Source of the DNA: the human T2T-CHM13v2.0 reference genome, Homo sapiens
Length of the DNA: 64,000 nt
NCBI RefSeq assembly: GCF_009914755.1
Contig: NC_060926.1
Direction: 5' to 3' (one strand)
Shown here one piece after another: positions 54,324 to 64,000 of the stretch (position 1 is the first letter of the stretch; every line of letters starts with the position of its first letter). Under the pieces are notes generated by a model. It was not told the origin of the DNA. It saw only the letters and a program-made list of their open reading frames with translations, and ran no database searches. The position numbers and the translations under genes were made by a program.

Positions 54324-55532
54324 ACATGCTGATTTTTTAAACTCAGGAAGTTCAGTAGAATCTCCTTGGCTGGAGAGAATGTGAAAAAAAAAAAAAAGGC
54401 TCTTTACTGGTGGGGCACATAGGAACAACGGTGGTGTAGGAGGAACGACAGGGGTGTAGGAGAGAAGTGAGATTTTTATCTGAGGAAGGGTGTGGGCCTC
54501 TCAGGTTGAGGAGAAGCAATGCAAGTTTCATCTGGTAGTGGGAATCTTTAAGTTCAGAGAGTACCCTCATGCCTGAAGAATGCGGCATAGCACCTCACGG
54601 TAGAAGGGCAGAAAACACTGAAGAAGGCACGAACAGGCAGTGGGTGGAGACAGGCAGCAGTATCGGTTAGTTTGACTTTGCTGCAAGCTGGTCACTATTT
54701 TTTATGACTAAGTATTTTTAACTTTGTCTACTGAAGGAATTTTTCAAAAGCATATATCAGTAAACTCATAATTAGGGACAACAGAAAAACAGAATTCACT
54801 TCAAAAAATTAGCTTGTATTTGAAAGTATACAGGCCACAAATGTATTTATACAGTAACTCTCCTTGGTTTCTGTTGATAAAAAAATGTTCTCTATTTGGT
54901 TAAAAGGAAACATTTTAATGTCTGGAACTAATTTCAGGAGCTGAAAACAGGCAGCATGGTATAGTAGACAATGCTCTGCTCTAGGAAGAAGACCTGCATT
55001 CTGGCCCAGGCCATCCACCGATTACCTGTGTGTCTCAGTTTCCTCAACTGCAAAGTCAAGAAGTTAGACTAAATCAGGATTTTGTACAGGATTCCACTGA
55101 GCCACAGGACTTCCACGGGGTGGTACTAGGAGGACTACAGAAAGGCAGTCAGAAAGAGAGGCAATTTGACCTTGGCCCAGGGCCCTGATCCCTGCTCTAA
55201 TCAGAGCAGCTCCACCCCCATCTCTTCCATACATTAGGATTGTCCATAAGACATCTTTGGAGAAGAATTCTGCCTCAAAGAAATAAAAAAAAAAAAACAC
55301 AAAGACACTGAATTTAGATCTAGGGTCTTCTTTTCTAAATGTCTATAAATGCTAAACTCAAATGCAGTTCCTATTCTCTTGATTACTTCTGTCAAGCCCA
55401 TGTGGTATGTATACTTAACCTTAAGCTATTTCTGTTGAAAACATGCATAATTCATGAAAAGTACTATTGGAAAAAAATTCTTCTTCATAATGGCTTCCAT
55501 AAAGGTGCACGGTGGCTAAGGTGGTTAAAATC

Positions 55533-55825
55533 TGTTTTGTTTTGTTTTTTGTCTGTCACCCAAGCTGGAGTACAGTGACATAGTAAGGGCTCACTGCAGC
55601 CTCAACCTCCTGGGCTCAAATAGCCCTCCTGCCTAAGCCTCCTGAGTAGCTGGGACTACAGGTGCCACCAGTAATCCAGCCTACTTCTTTTTAAGTTTTT
55701 TTGTAGAGACAGTGTCTTGCTATGTTGCCCAGGCTGGTCTCAAACTCCTGGCCTCAAGCAATTCTCCTGTCTTGGCTTCCCAAAGTGCTGGGATTATAGG
55801 TATGAGCTGCCATGCCCTGTCAGCT
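55533..55825 (-). mobile_element. AluJ
   Basis: GCTCACTGCAGCCTCAACCTCCTGGGCTCAA...CCAAAGTGCTGGGATTATAGG. Confidence 0.88.
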
Positions 55826-57136
55826 AAAATATTTCTGAAATTAATTTTCTGTTGTCTTTCATTCCTATTCTTATCTTACTGTGATTTAAAAAAGTGCAAG
55901 AGGAAATACACATATATAATTTGTGGGTTAATTAAAAAGTGTTTTTATAAGCATGTCTTGGAGATGTTAACCTAACATTTAGAATCATACATAAGAACTA
56001 CTTTTCTTTTTCTTAACTGGTTCAAATGGTTTTGAATAAAACTGACATCTGAAAAAATTTTAAATTTTAGAATTAAAAATTCTAGTCACTGTGTGATCTC
56101 TTTAGCTGGTTTTTCTATAGAAATAGGGTGTTTTTTATTTGCCTTTTAGAGAGCCTGACTTATGCTTTATTCTCTGCTGGAAATATCAGTATACATTTTT
56201 GGTTGGATGTTCAAGGTCCTTCTTTCATCCTCAAACTACATTTTTCTTTGATTAGTGTTATTTTCCATGTTGGCAAAATGGACTTTGCAAGTAGCAGTGA
56301 ATACAAGCCTGTAGTATAGCTTTTTCTCTCTCATTCCCATTTTCTACAAAAATTAGAAGACACCTAGAGAAAATGAGAAGGTGCAGGAGATTTATTGTAT
56401 TGAAAATTTAGTGTTATTTCAAAACAATTATAAAGAGCAAGAATCATAGTCATTTCATCATTTGTTAACATCAAGGCAGAATTTCTACCAAATTCAGTGC
56501 AGATTAATCTGCATTAAAAATATGCCTGCAACGGTTAACCAGGACACTGACAAAGTGAGCAGACACTGCGTAATATTACATCAACCAGAAAAAAAAAATG
56601 GAGCAGAAATCATTCTACTCCTCAGGGATGATTTTCTGAGGCAGCAAAAGAAGAATCAACCATTCTCTCTTTTCCCACATCCCAACTACCCCTCCTTCTC
56701 CACTGAGTGGGCTAACATGACTCATAAGTCACAGCACATAGGAATGAGAAGGTCACAGGTACTGGCATAGCGGGTAGTCCCTTTTTTCAAAGCATGGAAC
56801 TGGAGGCAAAGAAAAGAGCCTCAGTGGCAGAGCATGCTAGAAACTGCATTGAGAGATGCTAACAGCAATAACAGAACTATAAACAAAAGCAAGGGGGTGA
56901 TTATCACAAAACAAGGATAATGGTTATTCTGGGTTAGGGGAAAGGGGTTGTGTTCCAGGACAGGTACATGAAGGCTTCCTCAACTAGCTGGTGGTCTTAC
57001 TTTTCTCCACTTGAATGGTAGCTCCATAGGGGTTCACTTTATAATTATTTAAACTCTACAAAATATTTTATACATTTTTTGTATGTGTATTTCATAGTTT
57101 TTTTTAAACAAATGTTAAGGCTCCTAGAAATTTCAT

Positions 57137-57139
<3 letters not shown>

Positions 57140-57180
<41 letters not shown>
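57140..57180 (+). repeat. Pure A41 homopolymer
   Basis: Read directly. Confidence 0.95.
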
Positions 57181-57182
<2 letters not shown>

Positions 57183-57689
57183 CTAAACACTGGATTACAG
57201 TAGATAGACCATTCTAAGGTGTTAGACCTGAGGAATACTCTCTATTGGCAAATGTCAGTGTATCACCAGTCTCCTCATTAAAAAATGAAGAAACAGGAAA
57301 CAAAAGCCAGCCTTGCAATTCACAAAAAGCGCTATACAGCCCAAGGTAAAGGGTGCATTATGTTTTAAAATCAGAGGAAGTACATACCTCTAAAAATTAC
57401 TACACAAAAAATATTTCAGGAAACACCTGCTGATGTCCATTGTATATCCTGAAATGCATACAATAAAAGTTGATCTCTGTGAAACAAGAGAAGGCAGCCT
57501 TTAGAAAGAAAACGTGCAGGTTAAAATAAAATATAAAGATGAAGGAATATTAGCTGAGATGTAAAGATCATAGTCTGAAGAACAGGCAACACACACACAC
57601 ACTTAAAGACAAACTGTGGAAAATACTAAAGAGAACAGAATTACAACCCATTCTGGAATTAGCAACTGATAAATTGAATTAGTGTATAT

Positions 57690-57887
57690 AGAGCTGTGGC
57701 TGCCAAACCCAGCTGGTTTCAGAATTATCTGGGGAGCATTTTAAATATACTTCTTACCAAACCCCACCCTAGACCTAATGAATAAGGATCCTCCATGATT
57801 TTTGTCTCTAAATCTAAATGTTATTTTTTTTTTAAAAAAAAAGCCCCAAATGACTTTGACAATCAGGCAGGCTTAGAAAACAATGGT
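57690..57887. mobile_element. MER5-like hAT element
   Basis: TCAGAATTATCTGGGGAGCATTTTAAATA...CCCCACCCTAGACCTAATGAAT...GGCTTAGAAAACAATG. Confidence 0.6.
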
Positions 57888-58103
57888 GTCGAGAATAAAT
57901 TTTAAAAGCTCATCAGGAGAGTAGATGAAGGAACAAGAAATAAAAGTGTGAGAGGAGATAATTTGGAAGACAGAGTACATATCTAAAGCACCAATAAATC
58001 AATGATAGAAGTTCCTGGGGAAAAAGTCAGGATAACTGAAACAGAAGGAAAAACCAGCTATGACAGAAGAGAAATTTTCTTGAGTTAAAGTATATGGCCG
58101 CAA

Positions 58104-58406
<303 letters not shown>

Positions 58407-58519
58407 TAAAGTATATGGCCATAAAGTAAACAGTACAGTATTAAATTATACAGTATAAACAAAAATGCTCTAGGCATTCCACCTCAAGAGGAACCTAACT
58501 TCTGCCCAGTAACTTTCTC

Positions 58520-60732
58520 TAATCCATTCACTCCCTGCCCTTTTAGACTGCCATTTCATGCTTGCTCCTCACTCCTCAAATCTCCATACCCTCTCCTTGA
58601 CTCGACGTGACCTTACTTTCTACTTCCATCCGAAAGAACTTCCATGAGCACCGAGCATTGCATCTACCCACCTACCTCCATCTGTACCTCAGTTCTTCCT
58701 CTACCATCTTATTACCATAGATGAATTATTTATGATCCTAATTAAGGCAATGCCTGGATCCCATAACCTCAAGGACTCTGCTCCAGCAGTCTCCCCATCA
58801 CTCCTCCATCATCAGTTTTTGTTTCCTACTGAATGCCTCTCTCCCCTCAAACATGCTATTATTTCTCCGTGTCTTGGCCCATCTGGCTACGGCGACATAT
58901 TTCTTCTTTTACAGATGAAATCCTCAAAAAAGCTGTCTACACTTGCTGTGGTCTAACTCCTCCATTCTCCTTGAACCTGTTTCCCATCATGCTTTTGCTC
59001 TCCCACACCCACCAGTCTACCAGCTTCCTCTTCCCTAACAATTTCATTTCACGGCTGCTAACTCCGCTGACCAGTTGTCTGTCCTCCTCTTACTTAAACC
59101 TATCAGCACTTTTTTCACTTGGCTTCTTGGACATCACACTTTCTTGGGGTTCCGCTTTCCTCAGTATTCGCATCTTTTTAGTCTTTTCTGGTGATTTCTC
59201 CTCATCTCTAACTTCGTAATGTTGGAGAGCCACAGAGCTCAGGCTCCAGACATGCTCTCTCCTTCACCTATACTCATGCCTTTGGCAATATTATCCACCT
59301 CATAACTTTAAATACCACGTGCATATTGACAACCCTAAACTTTACTTCTACCACTTAAGCTTATTCTCTCGACTCCAGATTCATTTAACCAACACCGTAC
59401 TCAACATTTCCAATTGAACATCTAATAGGCATCTCAAATTTCAATGTTCTAAACTATGGCGCACTTCCCTCCTAAGCTGATGGCCCCTCCCACAGACCTC
59501 GCTGAGTAACGGCCCGTGACAGTCCACCTCAGCTGATCGCCCCTCCCACAATCTTCCCACCTCAGCTAATGGTCCCTCCTGCTGCCCCCCACCTCAGCTG
59601 ACGGCCCCTCCCACAATCTTCCCACCTCAGCTGACGGACCCTCCCACAGTCTTCCACCCTCAGCTGATGGCCCCTCCCACAGACTTCTCCACTTCAGTTT
59701 ATTGTGAACACCCCAACTTTTGAGATGTTCAAGGCAAAAATTTTGAAGGTATCTTTACCTTTCTCTTGCATTCATGCCCCTGTTGTCTCTATCTTCAAAT
59801 GTCCAGGATTTGCTTAAAAGTAATCCAGTGGGGTAGGGGGAAGAGTTGGGAGGAGAACGGGAGGGAAGATAGATGGAGGTATAGATGAAACAAGATTGAA
59901 CATGAGTTGACAACTCATGTTCTAAAGTGGGTACATGGGGATTCATTAGACTATTCCCTATTCTTTTATGTTAATATTTTTATAATACAAAGTTATGCTG
60001 ACTCTAACCATTTCTGATTACCTCTAAGGTGGCAGCACTGACCCCATCACCATCATTACTGTCACAGCCTTCTAACTAAACCCCTTGCCTCTGCCTCTGC
60101 CCTTCTTCCGTCTATTCAACACAGCACACATGTGATGCTGTTAAAACAGAAACCAGATCATGCCACACCCCAGCTCAAAACCTTCTCAGTGCAATCTATT
60201 TTACTCTCAGTAAAAGCCAAAATCATTACAATGGCCTACCAGGCCATGCACAATCTGGCCTCCCCTTATGTCTTTGGCCCCATCTCCTTCTACTCTCTCT
60301 CTTGCTGACTCTGCTCCAGCCACATGGAAATCCTTGTCCTTCCTTGACCATCTCAAGCAAGCTCTGCTCTTAGGCCTTTCCACTTATTTTTTTCTCTCAC
60401 TTACATGCTCTTCTCCCGGATATCCACAGATATCACTCCTCCACTTCCTTCTGGTCTTTGGGTGAATGTCACTTTATCAGCAAGTCCTGCCCTGATCACC
60501 CTATTTAAATTGTCAAACATATACTCCCCAAACTCCCTATCTACTTTTCTCCTTTAGTTTCTCCATGGTACATATCATCATCTGATGAATATGTTTTACT
60601 TCTTTGTCTTTCATTCCAACGTAAGCTACACTGCGGCAGAAATTTTTATAAGAGTGCACCTTGCTACATCTGTAACACTGGTAACAGTGCATGAGCATAG
60701 GGAATGATCATTAGTATTTGTTGAATTAAATA
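58520..60732 (+). mobile_element. Long degraded L2 (with an internal minisatellite and an L1 3' piece at about 59800-59995)
   Basis: CATCTAATAGGCATCTCAAA, CCAGATCATGCCACACCCCAGCTCAAAACCTTC, and the tail AGTATTTGTTGAATTAAAT. Confidence 0.82.
59467..59698. repeat. ~33-bp minisatellite (CCCACCTCAGCTGAYGGCCCCTCCCACARTCTT), about 5-7 copies
   Basis: Unit starts at 59524, 59557, 59589, 59622, 59654 and 59689, with degenerate copies upstream. Confidence 0.88.
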
Positions 60733-60929
60733 AAAGAAATATTCCTCCAAGAGCTTAAGCTAAGATGACAGAAGTCAGACCCCATATTCATGATAAATTA
60801 GCAATGGTTAAAGTTATCCTATAATAATTCCTCACATAATCCAAGCATATGCTGATTACAATAAACAGATTTGAAAGTGACAAAAATGACTATCATCCAT
60901 AATATAGTGACAAACCCTGGACTTAATCT

Positions 60930-62885
60930 TCTATGGTAAATAACTAGAATGTTCAACAAAATACATGGAACAATTGTTTTTGGACACAGGACAACAGCTA
61001 GCGCAAGACTGCGGTCCTTGAGAAAAGGGAAACAAAATAAAGAGCCCTACAATTGCCCTAGTTTTCTGGATACAGGCAATTTCCAAACGGCAGGAGCAGG
61101 AAAGGAGAATTAAAACAGTGCCTCCAAACTGCAGGAGCAAGAAAGGAGAATCCAAACAGTGCCTGGAGATGTTGCTGAAGAGACAGAAAATGGTGTTTAA
61201 AGAGACAATGGCAGCTGAAAATTGCCGGTTAGAATGCCAGAAGGAAAGAAGCTACACAGAAAAAAAAAGCTTCAGAAATATACACAGGGGTTCTTTTGAG
61301 TCTTTCCTGCGTATTAGCCATGCGTATGTAGACTGAAATTCCACAAAGTTGTGCAAAGAATGCCTGGAGAACTGTAAAAAGAAGAAAATCTCACAGCTAA
61401 CATGGAGCTAAGAGAAGTTCAAGCCAGAAGTAGATAGTGCTCAGTGACCATTCTAGATCCACCCTAGGAAAGATGAAAAATAGCACTTTAAGGTATCATA
61501 CTGATTAATTGGTAACTGCTGGCCAAAACAAAGCACAACATTCTTTACAGAAAGATTTTTTTAAAATCTGGATTCTAAAGAATATTAAAAGTATCTAGCG
61601 TTAAATTTCTGAATGAAAAAACTGAAAACTAGCAATGTAGAATTCTATATCCATTGAGATATGAAAATGAAGACAAAATTTAAACTTTATCAGATAAACC
61701 AAATTTGGAAAAAATTGTCAGCAGAGCTGCACAAGAAATGTTATATGAAGTTCTTTCAATTGAGGGGAAATGACACCAGATGGAAACTCAGATTTACGTA
61801 AAGAAATAAAGAGTACTAGAAAGGGTACATATGGGAATAAATTAAGAAGACATTTTCTTCTCATTAAAGAAAATTTAAGACAGTAGACTCCTCACAACAA
61901 AAATAACAGCCATTTATTGATGGGCTTATAATACATACAAAAGCAGTATGCATGACAATAATACTGCAAATGATACGAGGGAGAAATCTAAGTATTCTGT
62001 GTAAGGGTCTTGCACTATACATAAAGTAGTATAATTTGAAGGTAGACTATAAGTTAAATTTCCACATTGTAAGCCTTAGAGCAATGACTTTTAAAAAAGC
62101 TATGTTCTATATCTGGATTTAGGTGAAGTTTACACAGGTAGGTGTGTGAGTTTGTGTGGATACACATATATATTTGTCAAAATTCATTAACTTATAATCT
62201 TAAAATAGGTACATTTTATTGTATGTGAATTCTACCTCAATAATGTTTGATTTTTTTTTTTTTGAAGTGGTCAGGCAGATTTGAAAAAGAACCAAATAAA
62301 ATGTTTTAAATGTTTCAAAAAACATAAATGCTAAAGTTATAAACTTAGACATCATGTTAAACAGTAGATTAGATACAGCCAAAGAGAATATTAGTGAGCT
62401 GAAAACAAATTTATGAAAATTGCCAAAATACTATATAAACACTGAAAAATTGAAAGAAAGTAGAGACACAGAAGATAGAAGGAAAAGTCTTAAAAATGTC
62501 TTATCAAATTCTAAGAATTAAAGGGAAGAAAGAGGATAAGTAATCATGGTGATGACAGAAAATTCTGCAAAACTGACCCAAAAAACTAGAGTCTACACAG
62601 AGAGCACAACATATTCCAAGACAACACTTTTAAAATTCATGAACATGTTATAATAAAATTGTAGAGTTTAAATAACAAAGGTGAAATATTTAAAAGCAGC
62701 CAGAGAGAAAAGATAGATCACCAAACAGCAATTGGTTTTATAGCTGACTGTTCAACAGCAACAATGGAAGCCAGAAAAAAGTGGAATAATATCTTCAAGA
62801 TCTTAATATAGAGTAACTATCAACCAGAACTGTCTTTTTAAAATGAGAGAGAAAAAAAGAATGAAGACATTTTTGGCAAACCAAA
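60930..62885 (+). mobile_element. Old L1M 5'/ORF1-region fragments
   Basis: TAGAATTCTATATCCA, ATGACACCAGATGGAAACTCAG, AGTAGATTAGATACAGCCAAAGAGA and AACAATGGAAGCCAGAA. Confidence 0.75.
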
Positions 62886-63137
62886 ATCTGGTATTATAAG
62901 CCTGTGTATTTTGAGAAAAAGCAGAAAACAAAAGTGTGTATATGTGAGTCTTCATGGAAACTATATATAGTTTTACTCTCTGCAGCTTTTTGCATATAGT
63001 TTTGTGTGTACATGTAGTGTTACATATATGCATAAAAATGTATATTACATAGGATATAGAATACATAGAAAGAATTCCATATATGTACATAGAATTATGT
63101 TTCATATGGATATAGTCTAGGTATAAGTATACCTCTA

Positions 63138-63332
63138 AATAGCTCTACCAATAGAGCTTTCTGTAATAATAAAAAATGTTTTATATTTGGGCTAATACCA
63201 TTGCCACTAGCCACAGGTGGCTATTAAGCCCTTGAAATGTGACCGAAATTTTTTGTTGTATTTAATTTTAATTAATTTAAACATAAACAGTTGCATGTGG
63301 CTAGTGACTACAATATAAGAAAGCACAGCTAT
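63138..63332. mobile_element. MER3-like hAT element
   Basis: CCAATAGAGCTTTCTG...GCCACTAGCCACAGGTGGCTATTAAGC...CATGTGGCTAGTGACTAC. Confidence 0.78.
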
Positions 63333-63624
63333 AGACTGATGGTGGGAAATGGAAGCAAATCCATTGAAATTGGATGGTGATTGTCTCCAACTGGTAGAAT
63401 TTTGCTTTATATCTATCTGTATTTATGCATTCCTTTTATAATATGAAAAAGCTTATTTAAAATTATGCATTATATTTCTAATTCCTAATTTGAAATAAGT
63501 CGTGATTTTACCAGAAAATTTTAGAATTAAACTTTAATAGTGTAGAAACTGAATTAGCACTTAATCCTTATAGTGTTTATCTCTGGATATTTTTATGCCA
63601 ACAAAGAGTCTTGCAACGGAAACT

Positions 63625-63755
63625 TCATTTTTTTTAAGTTCTTTTTTCTTTTTTTGGTAGAGAAGAGGCATGTTGTCCAGGCTAATCTCAAACTCCTGGC
63701 TTCAAGCCATCCTCCTGCCTCAGCCTACCAAGGCATGAGACACCACACCCAGCCA
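63625..63755 (-). mobile_element. Alu monomer (FLAM)
   Basis: TGTTGTCCAGGCTAATCTCAAACTCCTGGCTTCAAGCCATCC...CACCCAGCC. Confidence 0.8.
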
Positions 63756-64000
63756 GAAACCTCATTTTCATTTAAGTAAATCAGCTTTGAGTTTTCACAT
63801 TAGAATAAAATCAGTAGTTTCTTTACAACAATATTTCTTTTGCACTGTGATGGATCTAGATAGGATTATTTGTAAAAAATGCAAGAAAAGATATTCTATC
63901 TCAGAGACATCATGGATTTATACTCTGAAAATATAAAAATAAGTTAAAATGTTGAAACTTTCACTCATTCATCTAATTGTATATCATAATTTTAAAAAAG

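Noticed and set aside
56931-56947. GGGTTAGGG telomere-like motif
   Set aside because: It is a single unit within an L1ME tail and not an interstitial telomeric array.
59467-59698. CRISPR-like appearance of spaced repeats (also 2496-2560)
   Set aside because: The units are contiguous tandem copies without unique spacers, the context is eukaryotic, and there are no cas genes.

Overview
This is human (primate) genomic DNA. From recalled protein sequences I place it at the ACYP2/TSPYL6 locus (chr2p16). Two coding elements are well supported. The first is the intronless 408-aa NAP/SET-domain retrogene TSPYL6 on the minus strand (1162-2388), with a CpG-rich promoter. The second is the short terminal coding exon of ACYP2 on the plus strand (50878-50992, missed by the ORF track), followed by an AU-rich 3'UTR with two AATAAA signals. 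Positions 1-50877 are therefore most likely ACYP2's last intron, with TSPYL6 nested antisense. The rest is mostly interspersed repeats (Alu, L1M, L2, MIR, MaLR/ERV LTRs, hAT/Tigger elements), and the other ORFs in the track look spurious. I found no convincing novel multi-gene system. The best leads are regulatory or evolutionary: (1) a triplicated 22-bp TCTCGCGA (BANP-type) array plus an inverted YY1-like pair at the retrogene/L1 junction; (2) a candidate stop-containing cassette exon of ACYP2 at 13522-13591; (3) a co-oriented LTR12 about 8 kb upstream of TSPYL6; (4) an orphan CpG cluster at about 36.2-36.6 kb; (5) a near-identical dispersed duplication; (6) two LTRs nested inside Alus; (7) an E-box minisatellite. 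Repeat subfamily names and most repeat boundaries are by eye and approximate.
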